Source: Nitrososphaeria archaeon (GTDB lineage Archaea; Thermoproteota; Nitrososphaeria; JACIWG01). Taken from it: 64,000 nucleotides of DNA. Within the stretch, counting starts at the first letter, position 1. Every line of letters begins with the position of its first letter. This document shows, in pieces, positions 27,686 to 37,695 of this stretch. The DNA lies in the NCBI GenBank assembly GCA_963752255.1, contig CAVVXT010000019.1, positions 160,001 to 224,000 on the forward strand. The letters are read 5' to 3'. The notes under the pieces are model-generated. The model ran no database searches. It saw only the letters and a program-made list of their open reading frames with translations, and had not been told where the DNA came from. The translations under genes and the position numbers were made by a program.

Positions 27686-28582
27686 TTAATCACCCTTCTT
27701 TTGGAAGTTTTTGAATCCAGGGGCATTCGGGTTCCAGTAGTTTAAGAAAGCGTCGATCAAGGACTGTAAGACTTCACAGTCCTTGCCGTAGAGCAGCCTT
27801 ACTGGAACGTGGATGACTTTAATTCCATGGTTCTTCAAGAGCCCTTTCTCCTTCATAGGGTTAAGGACGACCTTCTTGTCAAGCTGGATGGCGACGTTTC
27901 CTATCAGAAAGTCTACAACGTAAGGCCTTTTCTTTTTCCTTGGCAACAGCACTTCTTCAGGGCCCGGCTGGAATGTAACCGCAGTCTCAGGGTAGACCTT
28001 GATCTCGGAAAGCAGCGCAGTGAAATCGGCTATAGGATTCTTTTCAGTTTTAGGAGTTTTTGATCCTACTTTTGTGGGCTTTGCGGTTATGCTATCTATG
28101 TCCTCGGCTGTGCCCTCTGCTGCGACCTGTGCAGCACCTTCTCCTTTCGTAGTCACCGTTTGTAAAGAATGATTTTGTCCTTTTGCCGCTGTTGATTCAC
28201 CACCTTTTTTACCCCGGCCTTGCATCACCTCGTTTTTGTAATCGTCGGATAACAGTTCCTCTATCCTTCTAAGGGAGACTTCAAGAAGCACCGCCAGCCT
28301 TTTAGCAACCTTACCCCTCTCGATATGTTCTTTAGCAACAAGCGCTTTGGCAGTGTCGTTTATCTGAGCCTTCCACCAGGCTTCATCTTTCGTTCCATGT
28401 ATGTTGTCGGATATCTTCTTGAGATGGAAGTCAACGTCGTCCTCAACAATAACAACCTTCTCAGGCCAGTTTGGATTAGCCTTCTTTCTCGTCTCACCCG
28501 CGATAATACGCCCTGACTGATCCTTGATAACACTGTGAAGGGAATCCACGTTTCCTGTAACTTTCCCTAAGCTGCAGGACAA
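27686..28582 (-). CDS. ParB/Srx-like N-terminal domain plus HTH plus DUF559/Vsr-like C-terminal domain protein
   Basis: VIKDQSGRIIAGETRKKA (ParB-like, G..R), VAKRLAVLLEVSLRRIEELL (HTH-like) and PYVVDFLI..VAIQLD (DUF559-like). Confidence 0.55.
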   Translation of the reverse strand: MSCSLGKVTGNVDSLHSVIKDQSGRIIAGETRKKANPNWPEKVVIVEDDVDFHLKKISDNIHGTKDEAWWKAQINDTAKALVAKEHIERGKVAKRLAVLLEVSLRRIEELLSDDYKNEVMQGRGKKGGESTAAKGQNHSLQTVTTKGEGAAQVAAEGTAEDIDSITAKPTKVGSKTPKTEKNPIADFTALLSEIKVYPETAVTFQPGPEEVLLPRKKKRPYVVDFLIGNVAIQLDKKVVLNPMKEKGLLKNHGIKVIHVPVRLLYGKDCEVLQSLIDAFLNYWNPNAPGFKNFQKKGD

Positions 28583-28618
28583 TATTATCCTCAGGTTTAA
28601 CTTCTTTACTTTCTTCAG

Positions 28619-29035
28619 TCAATCAAAAGCACTTTTTCCTTTTGTTTCTTCCTTCTTCTCAAAGCCCGCGCCAGCCGGTAAGTAACTCGAAGAGCTCTGC
28701 ATATCCTGCTTTAATGATGTAGCAGATACATCTTCAGGAGTCAGTGAAAGAGGCATATCTATTCGCTCTATCTTCCAGGCCCTGTTGTCGAGCGTGTCCA
28801 GAAGGACAATTAACACTTCTCCCTCAGAGAGAGGAGGGTTAGAGTCTATCCAGGCCTGAGAGACTGAGATAGGTTTTTCGAGGCCCTCAATCTGGACCTG
28901 ATACCATCCACTTTCAAGGTCACCTACAAAGTTAAGAAATCGTCCCTGCACGAGCCTGCACCTCGACTCGAGAACGCCGCAGATTCCGACTTTGATATAA
29001 CTTTTGTTCCCGACCTTATAAGTTTCTAAATTCAA
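28619..29035 (-). CDS. Hypothetical protein
   Basis: 138 aa ORF with GGAGG upstream, co-oriented with the ParB-like gene. Confidence 0.5.
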   Translation of the reverse strand: MNLETYKVGNKSYIKVGICGVLESRCRLVQGRFLNFVGDLESGWYQVQIEGLEKPISVSQAWIDSNPPLSEGEVLIVLLDTLDNRAWKIERIDMPLSLTPEDVSATSLKQDMQSSSSYLPAGAGFEKKEETKGKSAFD

Positions 29036-29207
29036 GATCCATTACCTCCTCCGTTCTTATTATAGAAGTCAACTCTATCCTCCCTAACCCTGAGCATACC
29101 AAGTTGTGACGGCGTCTTATCTTCAATAGGTCTACAGGCCTCTTTGACTTTGCAGTGTATTCTCCGATGATTTTGTTCACGGCTTCAACGATCTCCTGGT
29201 ACTTCAA
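29016..29207 (-). CDS. Small hypothetical protein or gene fragment
   Basis: 63 aa ORF (MKYQEIVEAVNKIIGEY...), possibly an N-terminal remnant. Confidence 0.3.
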   Translation of the reverse strand: MKYQEIVEAVNKIIGEYTAKSKRPVDLLKIRRRHNLVCSGLGRIELTSIIRTEEVMDLEFRNL

Positions 29208-29380
29208 TCGATTATCATCTCATTTTGCATTTTAACAGTCTACACCACAATATCCTTGATACCTGAAAGGAAAATGATTAGGGACAGAAAATCTAATAAA
29301 AAATGTCCTTAGATTATAATTCGAGATAAATATTCAAAACATACAGGGAATATAGAAAAAAAGCTTCTTTAGTCACGATT

Positions 29381-30159
29381 TTAGTTCAAGACGTTTGATG
29401 CGAGATTCTTTAGTTGTGGATATCTGATCTCCAATTCTTTATTAAATGGTTCCAACTCCTTTAGGTATTCTTCGTCTATTTTATTTTCTATTGTTTTCAG
29501 GTTCACTTTCCCCTCTTCGTATGATTTTCTCAGACTTAAACAGAATTCTTGAATCTGTTCTTCAGTATATGGTTCCACTTTTTTTTCTGAACGCTTCCTG
29601 AGAAATTCAGCCATGATTTCCACTAAGGTCTCTGCGAAACTTGGCGGAATTCTGAATGAAAACTCTATTAGTTGTTTGTTTAAGTAGTGCTGGGAACCGG
29701 ATAGCAAGCAAATTAAATTAGTAAGTTCTTCCGTCTTTTGATCAAGTTGAGCATCGGGTAGTTTAAAGTTATATTTTGTCTCTGGTCTTCCTGCCTCACC
29801 CTTGCTGCCTGGTACCCCCACAAGCCTTTCTTATCGACCTTTTCATGTAGTACATAGTAGGGAGCTATTTTCTTGAATTTCTTTTCGGTATTTCTAATGA
29901 ACTTTTTACGATAACTTTCTTTATAATACCCTTTCAACATAGCGTCCATATCTTCATCTGAAACGACCTTAGTCAAGTGAGCCCATACTATTGCTGTGGT
30001 CTTCAACCTTTTACCTTTGACTTTATCTAACTCTGAAAGCATTTTTTCGAAGGCACATCCGACCTGTCTACATGCTTCATTAATGGAAAGAGCTACATAG
30101 AGTTCCACCGGCGTAATCTTCAATTCTTGATCAGGTGCAACAGACATTTTGTCTATCAA
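29381..30159 (-). CDS. Hypothetical (wHTH-like) protein, probably one gene split by a frameshift at a G-run near 29818
   Basis: ORFs 29713-30159 and 29381-29821 overlap at TGTGGGGGTA; the joined product reads into a GRPETKYNF wing-like motif. Confidence 0.45.
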
Positions 30160-30327
30160 ATTTTGTCTAAAATCGTTTTCCTTTTAAACGTTAATACTCT
30201 TATAGCGATAAAAATTGACCAGGTACAAAGTTGCGTCTGTCGCATTGGACGAGCAATGTTATGATAGGTTAAGAAGTATTGCCCAGAAAGAGGAGAGATC
30301 AATATCGTATGTGCTGAGAAAGATCGT

Positions 30328-31221
30328 GTGGGAACATTTCGAAAAAGTGACAACATCATGACAACGTTTAATGACAGACTACTACACAATTGCAGACATA
30401 TTCTAACACCGACTTGCCAGCATATTCTAACCAAAGGCAAAGACCTCTGCGAAAAGGAAAGACGGCCTTTCACTCACGTCGATTTCCCCGAGGTCAATTA
30501 TGGCACATTCAGAAACAGCGTCTCATATCTTCTCAAACGCGAGCTACTGGAGGATTACACAAGTTTTCTGGCCTTCTACTGGGTAATAGGAGTAAGGAAA
30601 CCTCACGATGGATTGGGTAACAGAAAGTCCTATGGTATGGGGGTAAGAGGACGAATGAACGACTTACTTGAATTAATAGGAAGCATTCCTCTGGGTAATA
30701 GGGGCATACACGATATTCGGATATACTTCAAAAAAGAGGGAATCTACCACATTATTGAAGGTGCGGAAGTAGTTGAAAGAACTTTACCACACAGCAAGGA
30801 TCTCATCCTTACGGAAGTTAATATAGGTCCCTTCAGGAACGCCAAGATTTCTGTTCACGCTAATGATTCCGTAAGCATTTGCTTAGGTTGTAGCACAAAC
30901 CAATTTTACTTAACAGATGAGGGTATGAATGACTTCGCTTTCACTTTGGGCAATTTAGGAGGACGGATCGAGACTTGGTGCAATTCGAAGATCAAAGTCC
31001 CTTATGTGGGCTCTTGGAGAATCAAAGGCTTGCATTATGGCAGGGACAGCCTATTAGAATTATCAGGAGAAAAATTCAATATAACGGTATCAGAGTTGAA
31101 AAGGACCGTTAGAGTTTACAATAAAAACATCAATGGCAAGAACAAGATAAGAATGGAGAGGATTGATGAACCAGACCTCGATGTTGCGTCATTCATTGAA
31201 AGCCGGATTAACGGTGATTGA
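30328..31221 (+). CDS. Thaumarchaeal-type mobile-element protein (N-terminal wHTH-like; possible replication protein)
   Basis: RPF...DF....GTFRN..S.L, IHDIR..F, GCS, H.GRD....SGEKF.IT and RVYNK......RMER pattern, recalled from thaumarchaeal hypothetical proteins; function inferred only. Confidence 0.55.
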   Translation: MGTFRKSDNIMTTFNDRLLHNCRHILTPTCQHILTKGKDLCEKERRPFTHVDFPEVNYGTFRNSVSYLLKRELLEDYTSFLAFYWVIGVRKPHDGLGNRKSYGMGVRGRMNDLLELIGSIPLGNRGIHDIRIYFKKEGIYHIIEGAEVVERTLPHSKDLILTEVNIGPFRNAKISVHANDSVSICLGCSTNQFYLTDEGMNDFAFTLGNLGGRIETWCNSKIKVPYVGSWRIKGLHYGRDSLLELSGEKFNITVSELKRTVRVYNKNINGKNKIRMERIDEPDLDVASFIESRINGD

Positions 31222-31432
31222 TGTGAAGTTCAAGATTCGCTTGAGCCAAAAAGTCTGGGATCCGCTTAAGAAAAACTATCAAGAACACTATATCTTGGTC
31301 AAGGATATTTCTCAAGAGCAGGCCCAAGCAATTTTACATCATTTTAGGTTACCGGATATCATCCCCGAAATATCTCAAAGTAGCCTTTCCAGCGGGGTAC
31401 CCAAGACAAAGGAAGTCAAAGGTGAATTATAG
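31163..31432 (+). CDS. Hypothetical protein
   Basis: Short ORF coupled between its neighbours; true start probably near 31214. Confidence 0.4.
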   Translation: MMNQTSMLRHSLKAGLTVIDVKFKIRLSQKVWDPLKKNYQEHYILVKDISQEQAQAILHHFRLPDIIPEISQSSLSSGVPKTKEVKGEL

Positions 31433-31676
31433 AATGGAAAGTGTGCCATCAGAATCCTCTGACAGAAGATCTTCAAACAATTATCTACCTATAACTGGAA
31501 AGGATGAAGTTTGTCTGACAGAACTGAAAGGTTTGGCTGAGAGAATGTTACCAAGAGGTAGTGATCTTCGGGAACTTATCCTATCCGAACCAGATTATTT
31601 GCCCAAGCAAGAGGCGTTGGCCAAGATAGATATTTTTGTAAAACTGCTTTATAGGGAGGCCAAGGATCATAATTAA
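31422..31676 (+). CDS. Hypothetical protein
   Basis: 84 aa ORF ending head-to-head with the integrase-like remnant. Confidence 0.5.
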   Translation: MNYRMESVPSESSDRRSSNNYLPITGKDEVCLTELKGLAERMLPRGSDLRELILSEPDYLPKQEALAKIDIFVKLLYREAKDHN

Positions 31677-31960
31677 TGATTTGGTAATCTGATAATAGCC
31701 TCGTCCGTTGGCAGTTCTCTCACGTATTCCCACCCCTGCAGTATCCAGTTCCTAACCTCATCAGTAGGAACAATTTTTTGACGAGAATTGCCATTTAGTC
31801 CAAGTGACTGCATTGATTTCTTGTTAAATAGTTCCTGTAACTGCTTTGGTGAAAACTTCGACAAGTCCCCCAGCACCTTAATTTCTTCTTCAGTATAGCC
31901 AGCTATCTTCAAAAATTGGCGATTAAATGTTGCAATAACTTCGTCTTGGCTCAATGCTAG
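31673..31960 (-). pseudogene. C-terminal remnant of an archaeal site-specific integrase-like protein
   Basis: SQDEVIATFNRQFLKIAGYTEEEI..LGDLS...GNSRQKIVP.DEV..WI.QGWEYV.ELP..EAIIRLP resembles the C-terminal tail of archaeal tyrosine integrases (recalled). No catalytic domain lies upstream. Confidence 0.55.
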
Positions 31961-32081
31961 GATACTAATTTGAGTTCTTTTGGGCAAGTATCTCACGATG
32001 TCGCAAGAGGTTACAAAATTTTCAACTGAGCGCATAAGTTTAATACGCGCGGAAAATAGCCAATGTAGAGTAGTATATCGA

Positions 32082-32498
32082 ATGTCTGCTATAGCGACAA
32101 AAAAATTTGCTGAAGAATTGGCAGGTTTGGTTGGCAAAAAAGTTATAATCGAAACCATGGACGGAACAAAGTACAATGGTGATCTTTCAGGAATAAGCGA
32201 AAATCTTAACGTGATACTAAGCAATATTGTAGGCGGAAATAATGTTAACAAACTGGTTATTAACGGTAATTTTGTTAAGAGGATAGAATTAACTGAAAAG
32301 CTATTTGACTTGAGGGCATTGGCGGTAAAGCTTGAGAAGATCTTTCCTAACAATGTCAGGTTAATGGAAGAACTGGGAGCAATCATGGTAATGGATAAGA
32401 TAAAGGTGACGGAAAAGGGCGTGGAAGGAACAGGCCTTGCAACGATTAGGGTAAGAGAAATCTACGAAGACTATTTAAGAGAAACCGCGAAAAGATAA
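32082..32498 (+). CDS. Lsm/Sm-like protein with C-terminal extension (SmAP3-type)
   Basis: Sm1/Sm2 pattern (GKKVII...G.KYNG.L.G..ENLNVIL; LVING..V) plus the FD...LA..LE..FP..V C-domain; directly upstream of tgtA. Confidence 0.85.
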   Translation: MSAIATKKFAEELAGLVGKKVIIETMDGTKYNGDLSGISENLNVILSNIVGGNNVNKLVINGNFVKRIELTEKLFDLRALAVKLEKIFPNNVRLMEELGAIMVMDKIKVTEKGVEGTGLATIRVREIYEDYLRETAKR

Positions 32499-32505
32499 TG
32501 ACGTT

Positions 32506-34073
32506 ATGCCGACCTTTGAGGTAAAGAAGACTGACCTAGCGGGTAGAATAGCTATTCTGAAAACGAGAAATGGCACATTAGAAACGCCTGCCGTACTACC
32601 TGTGATCCACCCTTTCAATCAGATTATAAAACCAAAGGATATGAAGGAAATGGGATTCAACGCGTTAATGACAAATTCATACCTTATGCTAAAGAAGAAT
32701 AAGGCAACGGGACAATCTTTCGAAGTTCACACGCTCCTAAACTTTGAGAAAACTATTATGACCGACTCGGGCGCATACCAGCTTCTGGAATACGGGGAAA
32801 TTGAGGCTACGCCTGAAGAGATAGTAAATTTTGAGAAATCAATAGGAAGCGACATCGGTGTTATACTGGACACACCAACCGGCATTACAAGGGATAAAAT
32901 AAAAGCTGAGGACACGGTTAATCGGACAATTGAAGCAGCCAGAAGGTCAGTCCCCCTCTTTGAGAGAGATAAGACTCTTTGGACAGGACCAATTCAAGGA
33001 GGGATCTTTTATGATCTTATAGAACGGAGTGCGAAGGAAATGTCTAAATTTGATTTTGACATCTATGCCCTTGGTAGTCCAACTCAGATAATGGAGCAGT
33101 ACGATTTTGAAGACCTGGTTCGGATGATAATAGCCGCTAAAAATAACATATTTATCGATAAACCATTGCATCTGTTTGGCGCGGGTCATCCTTTAACCCT
33201 ACCAATTGCAGTGGCACTTGGATGCGATCTATTCGATTCCGCTTCGTATATACTTTATGCAAAAGAGGGGCCTATATTACTGAATATGGTACAAGGTATC
33301 TAGAAGACATGGAATATTTGCCATGTGAATGCCGGGTCTGCAGCGGGCACAGCTGTAAAGAAATTTTAGAAAGCGATGAGAAAGTCAGACTTTTAGCCTT
33401 GCACAACCTCTACGCCTTATCAAAAGAAGTTAGGAGCATAAAACAGGCTATTTCAGATGGAAGGCTATGGGAATATGTCGCGGTGAAGAGTAGATCGCAT
33501 CCGAGGACGTGGACCGCATTCAATCTCTTCAAAGATCTCGGCGATTACTTTAAACATGGCACACCGCTTTTCAAGAACCGTGGATTGTACCTCTGCGGAA
33601 CACCGGACCAGTTTAGACCGGAGTCTACTCAGAGTTTTGAACGAATCATTAAACATGTCAAGATTAACAAGAAATTCCTAGTTCTATATCTATCGACATC
33701 AAACGATCACTCTTTCCTTTACAGTTTAAGAAATATGGTTGAACGCAAGATTGGTTCAGGAGTAGACGATATACAGTTCTGTGCCGGAGTATTCCCGATC
33801 GGCATTGTGCCCATAGAATTATGTGATATATACCCCTTCTCTCAATATGAGATATCCCTTCCATTAGATGCTGAAATGAGAAATGAAGCAATCAGAAAGT
33901 TTAAGAGATTCCTTTCAAATTACAAGTTCAAAAAGGCAATTCTCGTGGACCATTCAAATGGAAAATATGACGACATCGTAGAATGGTTCTGTAGGGAAAA
34001 AAGCATCGTAAAAAAGAAGGTGGTAAGTGAAAGGAGAACGGATGATATTATCAGGGAGATGGAAGGCCTATGA
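32506..34073 (+). CDS. tgtA: Archaeosine tRNA-guanine(15) transglycosylase, frameshift at a G-run near 33267
   Basis: ETPAVLPVI, MTDSGAYQ, HLFGAGHP, DLFDSASY, Zn site CECRVC..HN. The two ORFs join at KEG-YITEYGT. Confidence 0.92.
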
Positions 34074-34778
34074 GTAGAACGAACCTAAAGCTTTGCCAGC
34101 TCCTTCTTCGCCTACAGACGGCTTAGCTAGCTCTTCCTCTATAGCTTCTGCGCCCTCTATCAGAGGCTTTAAGTCAACCTTTATACCAGAAATTTTTTCT
34201 AGAACGATCAGAGCTTCAGCGCATGCCCTTGGATCTAGGCGATTCTGCGCGGCGAAAGATAAGACTGAGAGTGCAGGAAACCCGACTGCTTCAAAATGGT
34301 TCAACAATATCGCGATTGGTCCAACTATCAGACGGTCATCTTCGAGAGGAAGCGAGTCTTTCAGAGACTTCGGTACAGTTAAATTGCTGGTATGAACGAT
34401 TCTGTGAGTCGTATCATCGGTTTTTAAGGTCGAATCGAGTCCTCCTATCAAAAAAGCTTCTTTGAACTTCGAGGAAACAATCCAGTCAGCCAATTGCATG
34501 AAAAACGTATATTCCCTTTCTCTGGGAGGGGAAACCTCTGCTTTGAAAAAAACAAAATTGTCCTTGCGATAAAGCTCGAATGGGGTTACAATTTTGTCCC
34601 CGTGCGATGTACATATAGGGGGAGAAAAGGCGCTCTCAACAAAGCCTACCCGTTCTGCCTTGAGCTGCTGTATGAGGAACTTTACACTCCAATAGCCGGC
34701 AAAACCTATGCCATGGAAACCAGTTATAAGTGAGCATCCCCGAAATTTTTCTTTACCTGAATAGACTTTGATTACCAT
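34068..34778 (-). CDS. PAC2-family proteasome assembly chaperone
   Basis: ITGFHGIGFAG, IGGLD, IVGPIA.LL, DPRA.A and L.EGAE.IE motifs. Confidence 0.85.
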   Translation of the reverse strand: MVIKVYSGKEKFRGCSLITGFHGIGFAGYWSVKFLIQQLKAERVGFVESAFSPPICTSHGDKIVTPFELYRKDNFVFFKAEVSPPREREYTFFMQLADWIVSSKFKEAFLIGGLDSTLKTDDTTHRIVHTSNLTVPKSLKDSLPLEDDRLIVGPIAILLNHFEAVGFPALSVLSFAAQNRLDPRACAEALIVLEKISGIKVDLKPLIEGAEAIEEELAKPSVGEEGAGKALGSFYS

Positions 34779-34841
34779 CGCAAGGGAAATGGTTAAAGAT
34801 GTATAAAATGATGTCTATGTCGATAAAGGTATAATAAATAA

Positions 34842-36101
34842 ATGCGGTTAAAGTTCTTAGGGGGTACTCGACAGGTTGGCAGATCGGGTGTCCTGTTAAA
34901 TGGGGAAAAAACAAGTTTTTTACTAGACTATGGAGTTATGCTCTCTAGAGAAGAGCCGGGCTTTCCGATACATGTTAAGCCAAAGGAATTAAGTGGGGTT
35001 ATTCTTACACACGCTCATTTGGACCACTCTGGTGCAATACCACTACTTTATGTCGATGAAGGTATTCCGTTAATTACTTCAAATATGACTTATGAGCTTT
35101 CGGAGCTTCTTATAGAAGATTTTATAGGCCTTTCTGGTTTCTATTTACCATACGAGTACATAGACCTGTTAAGCATGCGGAAACACTTGAATAAAATACC
35201 ATTCAATAAAGCCATAACCATAAAAGACGCCACAATCGAATTCAAAGAAGCTGGCCATCTGCCAGGAGCTGGAATGGCTCTTGTTAGGATGGACGGAAAA
35301 AAGGTACTCTATACAGGGGACATAAATGCCAGAAAAACAAGCTTACTTAGAGGGGCTGACATAGAACTCGGAGAACTTGATGTGTTGATCACGGAATCCA
35401 CTTACGCCCTTCAGGAGCATCCAAACAGGGAAAAGGTTGAAAAGAGCTTCGTTGAATACGCCCGTTCAATCATAGAAGGGGATGGGACACTTCTGATACC
35501 TGCTTTCGCAGTTGGCAGAGCGCAGGAAATTGCGATGGTATTATATAAAGAGAAGTTCGGTTATGATGTGTATATGGACGGTATGGCTCTGAAAACAAAT
35601 GAAATTCTGTTGAGAAATGGCGAATACGTCAGGGACATACATGAGCTTTCAAAGACACTAAATTGGGTAAAAAGGGTTGAGGGATGGAGGGAGAGGAAAA
35701 GGATAGCCAGAGAAAGATGTGCTATAATATCCCCAGCCGGCATGCTTGTTGGTGGAGCGGCGGCTTTCTACAGTGAAAGAGTTAGCGAAAATCCGAAGAA
35801 CGGCATATCATTTGTATCATATCAGGTTAGAGGAACACCTGGAAGACAGATCCTCGAAAGTAAGGTAGCACTGATCAACGGCAAGCCGCAGAAGATCAAA
35901 GCGGATATCAAGAACTTTAACTTCTCATCGCACAGTGGTAGAAGTGAACTGTTTGATATGCTTAAGAGAGTAAAAGGAAACCCCAAAGTGTTCACAATGC
36001 ACGGTGAAGAAGAGAACTGTATCGGCTTTGCAAAAGATATAAAAGAGAAGTTTGGGCTAGATGCCATCGCACCAAAAACAGGTGGAGAATATGAACTCTA
36101 G
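34842..36101 (+). CDS. Metallo-beta-lactamase beta-CASP ribonuclease (aCPSF2-like)
   Basis: FLGG..QVGRS, THAHLDHSG, AGHLPG, YTGD, ESTY, PAFAVGRAQE, FSSHS and HGE motifs. Confidence 0.92.
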   Translation: MRLKFLGGTRQVGRSGVLLNGEKTSFLLDYGVMLSREEPGFPIHVKPKELSGVILTHAHLDHSGAIPLLYVDEGIPLITSNMTYELSELLIEDFIGLSGFYLPYEYIDLLSMRKHLNKIPFNKAITIKDATIEFKEAGHLPGAGMALVRMDGKKVLYTGDINARKTSLLRGADIELGELDVLITESTYALQEHPNREKVEKSFVEYARSIIEGDGTLLIPAFAVGRAQEIAMVLYKEKFGYDVYMDGMALKTNEILLRNGEYVRDIHELSKTLNWVKRVEGWRERKRIARERCAIISPAGMLVGGAAAFYSERVSENPKNGISFVSYQVRGTPGRQILESKVALINGKPQKIKADIKNFNFSSHSGRSELFDMLKRVKGNPKVFTMHGEEENCIGFAKDIKEKFGLDAIAPKTGGEYEL

Positions 36102-36636
36102 AGAAAAAATAGCCCTCTATCCGGTTTATAACATGGACTCCTACAAGTATATTACACAGGTCGAAACAGCTGTTAGACTCTACGATAAGGAACCGGATGT
36201 TTCACTTGAAGCCATACCTCTTTCAGCCCAAGAATATGATAGTGCAAGGAGACAGTATAAAGCAGACTTGATCATTGAAAGGATCGCAACCAAACGCGAT
36301 TTGGATAGAAAGGGAAAGGTGCTTGGTTTGACGAACGTAGATATTTCAATGCCCAAAATGAACTTTGTGTACGGTGTAACCAACACCGTTAAGAAAGCTG
36401 CTGTTCTGTCGTTTGCAAGACTAGCAGTTCTGCCAGGAGGAGTACACCTAGGTTTGAAAACAGTCGAAGAAAGGGTCTTTAAAGAAAGCGCCCACGAGGT
36501 CGGACACCTCCTCGGTCTTACACACTGCTTTGAGCCGACATGTATAATGTCGTTTGCGAATTCGATCAAAGAAGTCGACGATAAGCTTCCAACCCTCTGT
36601 AACGCATGCAATGAAAAACTAAAAAACCGAAGGTGA
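36091..36636 (+). CDS. amzA: Archaemetzincin Zn-metalloprotease
   Basis: RRQY.A, NFVYG, HEVGHLLGL.HC...CIM.F, and LC..C motifs. Confidence 0.9.
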   Translation: MNSREKIALYPVYNMDSYKYITQVETAVRLYDKEPDVSLEAIPLSAQEYDSARRQYKADLIIERIATKRDLDRKGKVLGLTNVDISMPKMNFVYGVTNTVKKAAVLSFARLAVLPGGVHLGLKTVEERVFKESAHEVGHLLGLTHCFEPTCIMSFANSIKEVDDKLPTLCNACNEKLKNRR

Positions 36637-37458
36637 ATTCTTTTAAAGACTTACTACCAACTCGTACTCCTAGTTCTAATATCAGAATTCTTAACCATAT
36701 TCCTGCTATCATTAAGCAGTAGAATCTTAATAGAACCCTTGATCCCCGAAAGCTCAAACCTTTTTGTTGCCGCAGGCAATACCCTCTACCTGGTCCTAGT
36801 TTCATTAGTGTTTTCATTCCTGTTTGTCTGGATCATTAGAAAGAAAGCCATAAAATTATATTACTTTATTTCGGGCCTAAAAGGTGTACTATGTGGAGCT
36901 CTTTTTTGGGTAACTACTATATTGGTCGCCAATGAAATAACCGACGTTCAGGAATACGTAATTATATTTCTTAGCTTCACGATAATGATAATAGTTGGTG
37001 TATCATCAATAAAAAACTTGACAGTGGTTTCAACACCCTTTTCTATCTGGATGACTGGAGCCAGCGCATTCCTCATCAAAATAATGTTCTCCGATATAGC
37101 TGTGGGAATACTTTTAGTCGGGTTCTCCCTCTTTGACGTCTACGACGTTTTCAAAGGACCCCTTAAGCATCTCGCGCAAACTTCTCAGGATAGAGCTGTA
37201 TCTCCACTTCTTGTCAAAGTTGGAACTATTGAAATCGGCCTCGGGGACCTCCTTTTTTATTCGCTTTCGGTAGGATTAGCTTACAGCGTTGGAGGTACTT
37301 TAGTCGCAATCCTCTCCATTATTACAATAAAAGCCGGAATGTGGATCACTTTGAAGCTTCTTGAGAAGAAGCCGATGCTGCCTGGGCTTCCGGTGCCGGT
37401 TTTACTTTCCGTCTTCGTGACTTTTTTGTCTTCGTTTCTAATTCAGGTCTTTCATTAA
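36633..37458 (+). CDS. Presenilin/SPP-family GxGD intramembrane aspartyl protease, frameshift near 36660
   Basis: FDVYDV, IGLGDLLFY and PGLP motifs. GTG at 36633 overlaps the amzA stop and reads MNSFKDLLP-LVLLVLISE after removal of one A. Confidence 0.8.
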
Positions 37459-37648
37459 TCTCTTCAACCTTACCCTTGAAATTTGAAAGAAACTTTTCAA
37501 TGGCGTCGAATGGTATCTTGCAAGTATATAGTACCGGCCCTACTCTAGCCTTAACCTTTGCAGACTCATCGCTCCAAACAACAGTGATCTGCCTCACATT
37601 AGAAACAAGTCTACTGAAATCTTTAACATCCTGCATTTCTTTTGGCAT
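37346..37648 (-). CDS. rpl38e: 50S ribosomal protein L38e with C-terminal extension
   Basis: MPKE..DVKDF...........AKVKARVG..LYT.K matches the L38e pattern (MPKEI.D.K.F; K.K.R....LYT). Confidence 0.75.
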   Translation of the reverse strand: MPKEMQDVKDFSRLVSNVRQITVVWSDESAKVKARVGPVLYTCKIPFDAIEKFLSNFKGKVEEINERPELETKTKKSRRRKVKPAPEAQAASASSQEASK

Positions 37649-37695
37649 ATCTTATCCACCTAAACCTTGCTTGCATGTTTATAAAACATTTAGGG

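Larger units (their letters stand above)
15207..32040. mobile_element. Decayed integrative element / genomic island (about 17 kb)
   Basis: Abrupt shift to AT-rich DNA with orphan genes in mixed orientation between AK6 and Lsm. tRNA 3'-end remnant at the left edge, integrase-like C-terminal remnant at the right edge, and ParB-like, wHTH and Rep-like genes. Boundaries are approximate. Confidence 0.7.

Noticed and set aside
31998-32004. Minus-strand GCGACAT as a degenerate 5' end of the tRNA-Gly whose 3' end is at 15207
   Set aside because: Only 5 of 7 bases match the expected GCGGCGT and no D-arm follows; indistinguishable from chance.
31961-32386. N-terminal part of the 237-aa ORF 31673-32386
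   Set aside because: It is mostly antisense to Lsm and its promoter; only the last ~95 codons look protein-like.
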